From: Candidatus Spongiisociaceae bacterium | Lineage (GTDB): Bacteria; Actinomycetota; Acidimicrobiia; Spongiisociales; Spongiisociaceae | NCBI GenBank assembly: GCA_965262915.1 | Contig: OZ253564.1 | Coordinates: forward strand, 2,048,001-2,112,000 | Direction of reading: 5' to 3' | Length of the DNA stretch: 64,000 nucleotides | Shown here: one piece after another, positions 17,246-26,343 of the stretch | How the letters are laid out: every line of letters starts with the position of its first letter | How positions within the stretch are numbered: the stretch's first letter is position 1 | Notes under the pieces: model-generated | What the model saw: only the letters and a program-made list of their open reading frames with translations | Database searches by the model: none | What the model was told of the DNA's origin: nothing | Made by a program: the position numbers and the translations under genes

Positions 17246-18616
17246 TCAAGCCTCCTCGCTGTAGGGGTCTTCGTTTTCCATGCTCGTGGCGGGAGCATTC
17301 TCGAACCGCACCGAGGCGGCCATCCGGTGGGCGTCCAGACCCTCGGCTCCGGCAAGTTCCTCGATGACCGGCCGGATGGATTCCAGCCCGCGGCGGGTAA
17401 GGGTCTGGACCTGCCTCCACGAGCCGAAGTCCTCGACTCCGAGCGGTCCGTGCGATCGGGCCAGACCTCCGGTGGGCAGCACATGGTTGGCTCCCGTGGC
17501 GTAGTCTCCCGCCGACTCGGGTGACCACCTGCCCACGTATACGGAGCCTGCGTTCACCAACCGGTCCGCGTCCCTCCGGGCGTCGGCGGTCAGCACGGTC
17601 GCGTGTTCGGGGGCGTAGGCGTTGGCGAATCCCAGGGCATCGTCGAGGGACGCGGCCACGAGGGTCTCCCCGTGGGCAGCCAGCGCGGACCGAAGGATGT
17701 CCCGGCGGGAGAGGAGAGGGAGGAACCCGGCGATCTCGGTCTCGACCCTGGCCGCCAGGGTCGGGTCGGTGGTGACCAGCACCGCCGGGGAGTCGGGGCC
17801 GTGTTCCGCCTGGCAGAGGAGGTCGATCGCCACCAGCCGGGGATCTGCCGTGTGGTCGGCTACCACCAGCACCTCGCTGGGGCCAGCCGGCAAGTCGATG
17901 GCACAGGCGCCGTACACCTCCAACTTGGCAGCCGTCACCCACGCGTTGCCGGGGCCGACGATCTTGTCTACGTTCGGGATGGTCTCGGTTCCGTAGGCGA
18001 GAGCCGCCACAGCCTGGGCGCCACCCATGGCGTATAGCTCGTCCACGCCCAGCAACCCGGCCGCGGCGAGCAGGGTGGGATCGAGCCTGCCGTCCTCGTC
18101 GCAAGGGGATGCCACCGCGATCTCGGCCACACCCGCCGCCTGGGCGGGTACCACCGTCATCACCAGGCTGGAAGGGTAGGCGGCCTTGCCTCCGGGTACG
18201 TAGGCCCCCACCCGGCGGAGCGGGGCCCAGCGGCGGTCGATCCGCACTCCGGGCCGGGTCTCCTGGGAGCTGGCATCCGGCGTCTGGGCTTCGTGGTGGC
18301 GCCTCACGGCGTCGATCGCTTCCTCGAGAGCCCGGCGGACCGATCCGTCCGTGTCCTCCAGGGCGGCGGCGATCTCCCGGGCCTGAACCCCGGGATCGGC
18401 CCGTCCGCCGCCGTAGGCGGCGCTCGCCTCTGCCAGCGCCCGGTCGCCGCCCAGCTCGATCGACCGGCAGATGGCGGCTGCCCCCCGGCGTACCTCCCGA
18501 TCGGGAACCGCCGACCGGGTCGTCAGCTCGCGCCGGTCGCCGGCGTCGAGGTCGGCCAGGCGGCGGGCCCTCAGCAGGGTCGCAGGCGCATCGGAGGCCG
18601 GCGCAGCCAGTCTCAT
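17246..18616 (-). CDS. hisD: histidinol dehydrogenase
   Basis: GAYVPGG, GGAQAVAALAYGT, KIVGPGN, AGPSE, QAEH, APEH, GANHVLPT. Confidence 0.97.
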   Translation of the reverse strand: MRLAAPASDAPATLLRARRLADLDAGDRRELTTRSAVPDREVRRGAAAICRSIELGGDRALAEASAAYGGGRADPGVQAREIAAALEDTDGSVRRALEEAIDAVRRHHEAQTPDASSQETRPGVRIDRRWAPLRRVGAYVPGGKAAYPSSLVMTVVPAQAAGVAEIAVASPCDEDGRLDPTLLAAAGLLGVDELYAMGGAQAVAALAYGTETIPNVDKIVGPGNAWVTAAKLEVYGACAIDLPAGPSEVLVVADHTADPRLVAIDLLCQAEHGPDSPAVLVTTDPTLAARVETEIAGFLPLLSRRDILRSALAAHGETLVAASLDDALGFANAYAPEHATVLTADARRDADRLVNAGSVYVGRWSPESAGDYATGANHVLPTGGLARSHGPLGVEDFGSWRQVQTLTRRGLESIRPVIEELAGAEGLDAHRMAASVRFENAPATSMENEDPYSEEA

Positions 18617-19485
18617 GGCACCAGCTGTCCTATCGGAAGCACGAGGATGTCGCGGCCGCCGGCCGCCTTGAGCCGCGGGAGGATGTTCCACACCTCGTCC
18701 CTCTCCACCACCGAGTGGATGGCCACCATCCCGTCCTCCGCCAGAGGGATCACGGTGGGCGCCTCGAGGCCGGGGATCAGGTCGGTGATAGCGGGCAGGG
18801 ACTCCCGGGAAGCGTTGAGCAGCAGGTACCGCCTGCGCCGGCCTGCCAGGACCGACTCGACCGCGGTTATGACCGCATCGACCTCGGTACCGGTCTCCGG
18901 TCCGTCGGTCCCTCGCACCAGTACAGCCTGGCTGTTCAGGATGGGGAGCACCGGACGCAGGCCGTTGACCATCAGCGTGCTTCCGGTCGAGACCAGGTCG
19001 GCCACCGCGTCGGCCACCCCGAGTTTGGGGGCTACCTCCACCGATCCCCGCAGTCGAACCACCTCGACCGATACCCCATGCGCGGCGAAGAACCGCCCGG
19101 TGAGGTTGGGGTGGGAGGTGGCGATCCGCAGGCCCGCCAGGTCCTGGGGACACCCGTGGTCTCTTTCTCTGGGAACCGCAACGGTCAGCTGGCACTGGCC
19201 GAAACCGAGTGGCAGGACCGCACGGACGCTGTCGGCCGGCCGGCCTGATTCCTCGAGCAGGTCGAGTCCGGTGATACCAAGATTCGCCGCTCCGTCGGCC
19301 ACCAGTTCGACCACGTCCTCGGTGCGCACGAACAGGAGGTCGATATCGGCGTTGCGCACCTTCACCGACAGGGCTCTCTCGGTCTGCTCGAAGGCTAGGC
19401 CGGCCTCGCGGAGCAGCCTCAGGGTCGGTTCCCTCATGCGTCCCTTGTTGGGTACGGCCAGCCGCAAGGTCCCGTCACCCATCAC
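18613..19485 (-). CDS. hisG: ATP phosphoribosyltransferase (long form)
   Basis: LAVPNKGR, GITGLD, GSVEVAP, DLVSTGSTL, C-terminal regulatory domain. Confidence 0.96.
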   Translation of the reverse strand: MMGDGTLRLAVPNKGRMREPTLRLLREAGLAFEQTERALSVKVRNADIDLLFVRTEDVVELVADGAANLGITGLDLLEESGRPADSVRAVLPLGFGQCQLTVAVPRERDHGCPQDLAGLRIATSHPNLTGRFFAAHGVSVEVVRLRGSVEVAPKLGVADAVADLVSTGSTLMVNGLRPVLPILNSQAVLVRGTDGPETGTEVDAVITAVESVLAGRRRRYLLLNASRESLPAITDLIPGLEAPTVIPLAEDGMVAIHSVVERDEVWNILPRLKAAGGRDILVLPIGQLVP

Positions 19486-19784
19486 AGACCTCCCTCGATC
19501 CGGTCGAGCGCCAAGCGGTACCCACCCGTTCCGTGCAGCCGCCATTCGTTGACCCTTCCTATGGTGGTGGTCGATACACCGGTCCGATCCGATACCTGCC
19601 GGTAGGGCAGGCCGGATTCCAGTAAGGTCGCCACCGACCAACGGCTCGACAGTTCATCGATCTCGTTGCGCGTGCACAGGTCGCGCAGGAACAGCGCCAC
19701 CTCGTCCACCGTGTCCAGCGTCAGGATGGCGCGGCACAGCGCGTCGAACTCGTCGGTCCTCCATCGTTCCTGGCGGGTGGTCAT
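19482..19784 (-). CDS. TrpR-like (YerC/YecD, HisR-type) repressor
   Basis: FLRDLCT..E, RW.VA..L, YRQVSDRTGVSTTTIGRV; first gene of the his operon. Confidence 0.9.
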   Translation of the reverse strand: MTTRQERWRTDEFDALCRAILTLDTVDEVALFLRDLCTRNEIDELSSRWSVATLLESGLPYRQVSDRTGVSTTTIGRVNEWRLHGTGGYRLALDRIEGGL

Positions 19785-19841
19785 CGAGTTTCCTTCCGGA
19801 TTGCGTCAGGCTCGTTTCGTAGCCCGCCCCCTGTGTAAATC

Positions 19842-19861
19842 TGTATTAAGACACTAGCACA
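19842..19861. promoter_or_regulatory. candidate operator of the his operon repressor
   Basis: Imperfect palindrome TGTATTAA-GACA-CTAGCACA directly downstream of a minus-strand TAATAT (19862-19867) in an AT-rich patch. Confidence 0.6.
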
Positions 19862-19960
19862 ATATTACGTTCATACAGGATTCCGGCATACAGGATTCCG
19901 GACCGATCGCGTTCGGGAGCCCTGCCATCGCTTGCGGGCGACGAGTAGCCGGTTGCGCGG

Positions 19961-21427
19961 TTACGGGCGGGACCGGTTCGGATGATCGTGACCAGGATGG
20001 CGGACGATCTCCGAGAGGGGCGGGGCCTTCGTTCCCCACCCGGTGGCCTGCTCCCATGCGCTCGCCAACTCCAGAACGGCGCGATCGGCCTGATGGCGGC
20101 CCACGATCTGCAGGCCGACAGGAAGCCCGTCGGGCGTGAAGCCCGCAGGTACGGAGATCGCAGGGTGGGTCGTCACGGTGATATCGCTGCAGGCCCGCAT
20201 CCAATCGATGTAGGTCTCCAGATGCGCACCGGCGATCTCGGTGGGGAACTCGACCTCGATCGGGAAGGGCGGAACCTGGGTGACCGGGCAGGCCAGGAAG
20301 TCGAAACCTCCTTCTTCCGGTGACATGAACTCATGGACCTGCGCGAATAGCCGGGTGTGGCGGCGGCAGGCGTCCGCGTAGTCGGCGACCGTCATCGAGA
20401 GTCCTTTCTCGATGTTCCACACCACGGTCTCCTTCATCAGGTCGCGATGGTCGGCCAGTAGCGGACCGAATCTGAGCGCGAACTGCCATGCGCGCCGCGC
20501 CTGGAAGACATCGGGAGCGTCGGAGAGGTCCGGCCAGGCGGGGATCACATGGCAGCCGAGATCGGAGAGGAGGTCGGGAACGCCGGCCAGAGCAGCAATG
20601 ATGGCAGGATCGGTCGGCAAGCCGCCTGCATCGGGCGACCACGCCACCCGCATACCGATGAGATCCCGCTCCAGCGAACCCGCGAAGATGTCGGACGACT
20701 CCGCGATCGAGAGCGGGGCGCGCCGGTCCGGGCCGGCCAGTGCCCGGAGGTAGGTGGCGGCATCGGCCACCGTGCGGGCCATCGGACCCTCGACCGAGAG
20801 TGGAAACCAGGCATCCTGCGCGGTGGTCGATGGCACCCGGCCGGGGGAGGGTCGGAATCCCACCACGTTGCAGAACGCAGCCGGGTTCCGCAGAGAGCCG
20901 CCCAGGTCGGAACCGTCGCACAGGGGAAGCATACGGGCCGCCAGCGCGACCGCCGCCCCGCCGCTGCTCCCTCCGCAGGTCCTTCCGGGATCGTAGGGGT
21001 TGAGCGTCGTTCCGAAGACCGGGTTGAAGGTGTGGGATCCGGCCCCGAACTCGGGCGTGTTGGTCTTGCCGACGGTCACCGCTCCGGCGCGCCGCTGCCG
21101 TGCAACCATCAGAGAATCCGTATCCGGTACGAAGTCAGCGAAGATCGGGGATCCGAAGGTGGTGCGGACCCCCGCCGTCAGAGCCAGGTCCTTGTGGGCC
21201 ACCGGCAACCCGTGCAGAGGGCCGAGCGATTCGCCTCGGGCGTGCGCCTGGTCTGCCTCCGCCGCTTGCTCGAGTGCCGTCTCGGGTGTCAGGGTCACCA
21301 GCGCGTTGAGCACGGGGTTGACCGTGTCGATACGCGCCAGGTGCGCCTCGAGCAGCTCGCGGGCGCTGATCTCTCCCCTCGAGAGCATCGAGGCCATCTC
21401 CAGGGCCGATCGCGAGCAGATGTCCAT
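19961..21427 (-). CDS. amidase (amidase signature family)
   Basis: LHGLPVAHKD, GKTNTPEFG, GGSSGGAA, GSDLGGSLRNPA. Confidence 0.95.
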   Translation of the reverse strand: MDICSRSALEMASMLSRGEISARELLEAHLARIDTVNPVLNALVTLTPETALEQAAEADQAHARGESLGPLHGLPVAHKDLALTAGVRTTFGSPIFADFVPDTDSLMVARQRRAGAVTVGKTNTPEFGAGSHTFNPVFGTTLNPYDPGRTCGGSSGGAAVALAARMLPLCDGSDLGGSLRNPAAFCNVVGFRPSPGRVPSTTAQDAWFPLSVEGPMARTVADAATYLRALAGPDRRAPLSIAESSDIFAGSLERDLIGMRVAWSPDAGGLPTDPAIIAALAGVPDLLSDLGCHVIPAWPDLSDAPDVFQARRAWQFALRFGPLLADHRDLMKETVVWNIEKGLSMTVADYADACRRHTRLFAQVHEFMSPEEGGFDFLACPVTQVPPFPIEVEFPTEIAGAHLETYIDWMRACSDITVTTHPAISVPAGFTPDGLPVGLQIVGRHQADRAVLELASAWEQATGWGTKAPPLSEIVRHPGHDHPNRSRP

Positions 21428-21479
21428 CCCGCTATTTGACCACACCTGCGCGCTGGTCGGCGCCCCCCACCCGCGCGGA

Positions 21480-21688
21480 GCGTTTGAACCTGTCACGCGG
21501 CCGTTGCATACTGTTAGGTAGCCGTATACACCAGCGGTCCGTTTACGACGTCGAACGGACCGGGGCAGGGATCACATTGTCCGTACCGACCCTCCGAGGG
21601 CGGATGGACGGACGCGCCCGGAGCCGAGGAGGTGGCGGCGGGGGCGGGCCCGCGGCAGGGCTCCGGGCGGGCGTTTTTCGCGCTCTCG
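21480..21688 (+). repeat. promoter-plus-hairpin unit, copy A (candidate ncRNA or leader)
   Basis: TTGAAC-N17-CATACT (21484-21512) and hairpin 21535-21562; homologous to the reverse complement of 24047-24256. Confidence 0.75.
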
Positions 21689-21760
21689 TTATTGGGAACC
21701 GGTTGGGTCACGTGCTCGGCCGTTCCGGAGTGCCCGCGACGATTCCACACTCGGGACACC

Positions 21761-21862
21761 AGGAGGGTGCTGAGGATCCCCCGGTTGGCCCGACGTTCGA
21801 TGGCAAGATGCGAGGTCAACGGAGAGCGGCCCAACGTCTTGATCGTGTTTCGGCATCCTCCT
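21761..21862 (+). repeat. family A element, copy 3
   Basis: AGGAGGGTGCTGAG...TTCGGCATCCTCCT; right end overlaps the CTAG supplying the lipoprotein stop. Confidence 0.8.
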
Positions 21863-22460
21863 AGGAAATGGCCGCGTCTCCTTCGGTTCCCACTACTGTC
21901 CAGCCGTCCGGTCCTTCGGTGACGCGGTAGGTGAGCCAGATACCGCAAACACCGCCGCACCACAGGTTGGCGCCGACCGTCGCTCCTTCCCGATCGAACT
22001 CGACAGGCGCCAGCGTGAGGATGGCGCTTCCCGGGATGACCGGCTGGAGGACATCCTGTTCTATGAACTCGCTGCGGCTGCTGATGAAACTCACCGGCGA
22101 GAGGTCTTCGATGGCGGCTGCGATGGCGGATCTCTCTTCTCCTGTGAGTGGATCACCCGGTCGGCGGTTCGCCACGTAATCCCCGGCGGTGGCCTCGACA
22201 TGATCCACGACCAGCACCTCCGTGAATCGGTGATCCGGTCCGAACGTATTGTTGAAGTCGACGAGTTGTTGTGTCACAGCGGCGTAGATGGCGGCCGAGG
22301 CCGGAGCACGCTCGTCCTCGGTGAGCGGGTCGCTCCTGCAGGCAGGTATGAGCAGCAACCCGACGAGCAGGACGATTGCGGTGCCGAATGCCGCGGTAGT
22401 CCCGATCGGCTGCTGTCGGTCCGGAATCCGTGCATCATACGGTCCGGTGCTGGTTCTCAC
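21861..22460 (-). CDS. hypothetical lipoprotein
   Basis: Hydrophobic stretch ending LIPAC; WCGGVCG motif near the C-terminus; AGGAGG at the GTG start. Confidence 0.65.
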   Translation of the reverse strand: MRTSTGPYDARIPDRQQPIGTTAAFGTAIVLLVGLLLIPACRSDPLTEDERAPASAAIYAAVTQQLVDFNNTFGPDHRFTEVLVVDHVEATAGDYVANRRPGDPLTGEERSAIAAAIEDLSPVSFISSRSEFIEQDVLQPVIPGSAILTLAPVEFDREGATVGANLWCGGVCGIWLTYRVTEGPDGWTVVGTEGDAAIS

Positions 22461-22538
22461 CCTCCTGATCCGATCGTTACGAGTGTGGGTGTAGCGTGAA
22501 ACATAAATATGGGCTCAATAGCCAATATACTCATACAG

Positions 22539-22781
22539 ATGCGAACCACCATCGAAGTGAACGATGAGTTGTTCCGGAAAGCGAAACAGCTTGCGGCCGA
22601 AGAGGGCATCACCCTGCGCGAGATCGTCGAGTCGGGCATCCGTTCGGAGGTGGCGCGGCGTCACCGCGACACGTACCGGCTGCCCGACCGCTCGTTCGGA
22701 GGCCAGGGTGTTCAGGCCGGCATTGTTGAGGGCGACTGGGGATCCATCCGGGATACGATATATGCCGGACGCGGTGCATGA
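22539..22781 (+). CDS. vapB: type II antitoxin (VapB-like, RHH)
   Basis: MRTTIEVNDELFRKAKQLAA; ATGA overlap with the PIN gene. Confidence 0.85.
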   Translation: MRTTIEVNDELFRKAKQLAAEEGITLREIVESGIRSEVARRHRDTYRLPDRSFGGQGVQAGIVEGDWGSIRDTIYAGRGA

Positions 22782-23221
22782 TCGCGGTCGACACCAACGT
22801 ATTGGTATACGCTCATAGACGTGATTCGGCGTTTTATAGGAGAGCGGCCGAGGCGCTGCGCACGCTGGTGGAGGGCCGGGCGGCATGGGCCATCCCGTGG
22901 CCGAGCGTGCACGAGTTCCTGGCCATCGTCACCCACCCGCGTATCTATAACCCGCCCACACCGGTTGCCGATGCGACCGAACAGGTGAGGGTCTGGCTCG
23001 AAGCGCCTTCGGTTGTCCTGCTTCACGAGGCCGGCGACCATGGGCGGGTTCTGTCGGAGCTGTTGGTATCGACCAACACCACGGGACCCCGGATTCACGA
23101 TGCCCGGATAGCCGCGATCTGTATCTCGAACGGTGTTCGGGTCCTCTGGTCGGCTGATCGTGACTTCGGTAGGTTCCCGATCGAAGTGCACAACCCGGTG
23201 GTGGGAGTTCCCGGCAGCTAG
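22778..23221 (+). CDS. vapC: PIN-domain toxin VapC
   Basis: MIAVDTNVLVYAH, HEF, HDARIAA, SADRDF. Confidence 0.92.
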   Translation: MIAVDTNVLVYAHRRDSAFYRRAAEALRTLVEGRAAWAIPWPSVHEFLAIVTHPRIYNPPTPVADATEQVRVWLEAPSVVLLHEAGDHGRVLSELLVSTNTTGPRIHDARIAAICISNGVRVLWSADRDFGRFPIEVHNPVVGVPGS

Positions 23222-23308
23222 CTGTGGCCGGACGGCCGTTACAGTCTGCGGGGACGGCCGTGTTCTGCCCGCGGTCCCCCGGCTCACCGAGGATGAAGGC
23301 GAAACGCG

Positions 23309-24022
23309 ATGGAGATCTACCCGGCGATCGATGTCCTGGGGGGCAAGGTGGTACGCCTCCTTCGGGGCGACTACGGCGCCGCCACTACGTACGGCGACTC
23401 GGTCGAGGATCAGTTGGCCGCCTGGACGGACGCGGGGGCCCGCTGGGTGCACGTGATCGACCTCGACGGGGCACGCACCGGCACTCCCGATCCGGCCCTC
23501 TGGAACAAGGTGACCGGGAAGGACGTCTCGGTGCAGGTAGGTGGGGGGATACGAGCCGTCGAGGATGTGGAGGCAGCTCTCGAATGCGGGGTTACCCGGG
23601 TGATCATGGGCACCAGCGCGGTGTGGTCGCCCGGAATACTGGAGGAGGCGATCCGTCGCAGCGCGCCGGACCGTGTCGTGGCCGCCATCGACGTTCGCGA
23701 CGGTCGGGCCGGGGGAGCGGGTTGGCTGGACGAGGGGCGGAAGTTCGAGCAGGTGGTGGAAGGCGCGCTGGGGGCCGGAGCGGTGACGTTCCTGGTCACT
23801 TCCATACGTCGGGACGGCACCCTCGCCGGTCCGGACCTGGAACTGCTCGACCGGGTACGCTTGCTGGCGCCGGATGCCGAGATCATGGCCGCCGGCGGGA
23901 TAGCCCTCATGGACGACCTTCATAGCCTTGCTTCGGTCGGGATCGACGGGGCAGTGATCGGACGGGCCCTCTACGAGGGAACGATCGACTTGCGCGACGC
24001 GCTGTTGCAGATGCCCGGCTAA
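23309..24022 (+). CDS. hisA: ProFAR isomerase HisA (possibly PriA-like)
   Basis: IYPAIDVLGGKVVRL, HVIDLDGA, QVGGGIR, RDGTLAGPD, IGRALYEG. Confidence 0.93.
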   Translation: MEIYPAIDVLGGKVVRLLRGDYGAATTYGDSVEDQLAAWTDAGARWVHVIDLDGARTGTPDPALWNKVTGKDVSVQVGGGIRAVEDVEAALECGVTRVIMGTSAVWSPGILEEAIRRSAPDRVVAAIDVRDGRAGGAGWLDEGRKFEQVVEGALGAGAVTFLVTSIRRDGTLAGPDLELLDRVRLLAPDAEIMAAGGIALMDDLHSLASVGIDGAVIGRALYEGTIDLRDALLQMPG

Positions 24023-24046
24023 CCCCGCCCCCCATGCCGTCCGGAC

Positions 24047-24256
24047 CGAGAACGCGAAAGACGCCTGGACGGACCACGCCCGAGGGCCCGCCCCCGCCGC
24101 CCCCGCCGTCGACCTCGGAGCGCGTTCCTCCATTCCGCATGCGGGTCGCCTCCGAGCAATATGATCCCTGCCTCGGTCTGCTCGACGTCGGAAAGCAGAC
24201 CGGTGGTGTATACGGCTATCCAACAGTATACAACGGGGGTGTGACAAGGTCAACGC
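24047..24256 (-). repeat. promoter-plus-hairpin unit, copy B (candidate ncRNA or leader)
   Basis: Minus-strand TTGACC-N17-TATACT (24253-24225) and hairpin 24174-24202. Confidence 0.75.
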
Positions 24257-24337
24257 CCTCGTAGCCGGACCATTGATCGCTGAATCGGCGCTCTCTTGTT
24301 GACCGACGGGCCGCCGGTGTCTTGCTCGGGAGCCTTC

Positions 24338-25483
24338 CTACACCCAGTCGGAGGGCTTGGCGATCGTGTTGGTGATGAGGGTGTCGACGACTCGGTGCAT
24401 GGCTTCGGCCTCCGACGCTCCCGATTCCAGAGCTTGGTGGTACACGGCAAGCTGATGGTCCGCCGAGGTGCCACGTCGGCAGATGGTCCGGATGTGCTCC
24501 ACTTCTGCGAGGCATCCGAGGTCTTCGGCATCGGGTTTCACCAGCGCGATCAATTCCTCCACCAACTCCGGAAACGGAACCAGGACTCCCTTGCCGAAGT
24601 CGATCAAGCGGTCCTCCACCCCATAACGCTGGGCCCGCCAGAGGTTCTCGGACACCAGGAAGTTGGCGTAGGTGCGCCATCGCTGGTTCTCCATCCGGAG
24701 GCGCCACAGCATCCGCAGGATGCAGACGTACGTGGCCGCGATGGCGATGGTGTCCTCCATCCTCGTGGGCAGGTCGGTGACCCTCATCTCCAAGGTGGGG
24801 TACCGGGCCGACGGGCGGATGTCCCACCACACCTTGGAGGGATCCTCGATGATGCCGGCCGTCACCAGCACGTTCACGTGACGCTGGTACTCGGCCCATG
24901 AACTGAACTGCTCGGGCAACCCGGTGCGCGGCATGGCGCCGAACACTGACGGGCGGTAGCTCTTGAGACCGGTCTTGCTCCCCTCCCAGAACGGCGAGGA
25001 ACCCGACAGGGCCAGCAGGTGGGGCAGGAAGTATATGGCCTGGCCCATGAGGTCGATCCGCAGTTCCGGGTCCTCGATACCCACATGGACATGCAGTCCG
25101 GAGATGATCAGGTTGCGAATCACCCCTTGCAGGTCTTCGGCCAGTTCCTGGTAGCGTCGGGCCTCGGTGACCTGCTGTTCCTCCCATTGGGCGAACGGAT
25201 GGGTGGAGACCGCGATGGGGGCCAATCCGTAATCAGCGGCGGCCTCCGCCACCGCGATCCGGAGCAGGCCGATCTCGGCGCGCAGGTCCTGCATGTTCCG
25301 GCAGACCTCTGTGCCGATCTCGATCTGGGAACTGAAGAGTTCGGGGCTCACGATGCCGTGGTGGAGGGAGCTGACCTTCTCCATCAGCCCGCGGGGTTGG
25401 GTGCGGATCAGGGCGCCGGTGTCGCGCTCCACCAGCAGATATTCCTCCTCGACCCCGATCGTCCACGTGGGTTCATCGATCAT
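24338..25483 (-). CDS. carboxylate-amine ligase (YbdK / GCS2 family)
   Basis: TIGVEEEY, GLHVHVG, SSPFW, WWDIRPS, TLEMRVTD. Confidence 0.92.
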   Translation of the reverse strand: MIDEPTWTIGVEEEYLLVERDTGALIRTQPRGLMEKVSSLHHGIVSPELFSSQIEIGTEVCRNMQDLRAEIGLLRIAVAEAAADYGLAPIAVSTHPFAQWEEQQVTEARRYQELAEDLQGVIRNLIISGLHVHVGIEDPELRIDLMGQAIYFLPHLLALSGSSPFWEGSKTGLKSYRPSVFGAMPRTGLPEQFSSWAEYQRHVNVLVTAGIIEDPSKVWWDIRPSARYPTLEMRVTDLPTRMEDTIAIAATYVCILRMLWRLRMENQRWRTYANFLVSENLWRAQRYGVEDRLIDFGKGVLVPFPELVEELIALVKPDAEDLGCLAEVEHIRTICRRGTSADHQLAVYHQALESGASEAEAMHRVVDTLITNTIAKPSDWV

Positions 25484-26319
25484 GGACGCGTACGGTAGTC
25501 GTACGAGGTGACCTTCAGGTGAACCGCCCGTTGCCGCACCGCTTCGAACAGGACAATCCCCGCCGCGGTCGAGGCGTTGAGAGAGTCGGCGCTTCCGGTC
25601 ATGGGTATGCGGACCGCCTGGTAGCGCCCGTCGAGCCACCCCTCGCTAAGCCCGTACTGCTCGGAGCCCACCACCACCGCCACCATGCCCGCGTAATGGG
25701 CGTCCCAGTAGTCGATCCGGGCCGCCGGCGTGGTGACCACCGGACGGATGCCCTCGGCAGCGAGCCATCTCCTCACCTCGACCGCCGGGGCGACGCCCAG
25801 CGGAACGGTGAACAGCGAGCCGAGGGAAGCGCGGACCACGTTGGGGTTGTAGGGGTCGGTGGTGGGATCGGCCACCACTACGGCTGCCGCGCCCGCCGCG
25901 TCGGCGGTGCGCATCATTGTGCCGAGGTTGCCGGGCTTCTCGATCGCCTCGGCCACCAGCAGGAGCGCGTCTTGCGGTAGGTCGAGTTGCGAGAGGCGCG
26001 TGTCGAACTGGGGCGCCACCGCCAGCAAGCCCTCCGGCCGGTCCCGGTAGGCGACTTTGCGAAACGGAGTGGGGGCCAGGAAGTGGCATCGGGACCCGGC
26101 CGATGCGATCCGGTCCACCAGCGCCGGTTCGTTGGTTCCCAGGAACAGGTCTTCGCATACATAGAGCTCGTCGATCCGGGTTCCGGTGTCGGCCGCCCGC
26201 GACAACTCACGGAAACCCTCGATGAGGAACACCCCCTCGGCGTCCCGGTTCCTGCGGTTGCGCAAACGCACCAGGCGTTTGACCTTGGGGTTGGTGGGCG
26301 ACGTGACGATCCCGCTCAT
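25480..26319 (-). CDS. TrmH/SpoU family RNA methyltransferase
   Basis: EKPGNLG, GSEQYGL, IPMTGSADSLNAS. Confidence 0.93.
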   Translation of the reverse strand: MSGIVTSPTNPKVKRLVRLRNRRNRDAEGVFLIEGFRELSRAADTGTRIDELYVCEDLFLGTNEPALVDRIASAGSRCHFLAPTPFRKVAYRDRPEGLLAVAPQFDTRLSQLDLPQDALLLVAEAIEKPGNLGTMMRTADAAGAAAVVVADPTTDPYNPNVVRASLGSLFTVPLGVAPAVEVRRWLAAEGIRPVVTTPAARIDYWDAHYAGMVAVVVGSEQYGLSEGWLDGRYQAVRIPMTGSADSLNASTAAGIVLFEAVRQRAVHLKVTSYDYRTRP

Positions 26320-26343
26320 GGGTGGCTACCGTACCCGCCGGGC

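Noticed and set aside
21535-21562. Hairpin unit as a known riboswitch (guanidine-II, c-di-GMP, T-box) or 6C/6S RNA
   Set aside because: It lacks the diagnostic motifs of those families as I know them; kept as an unclassified candidate.
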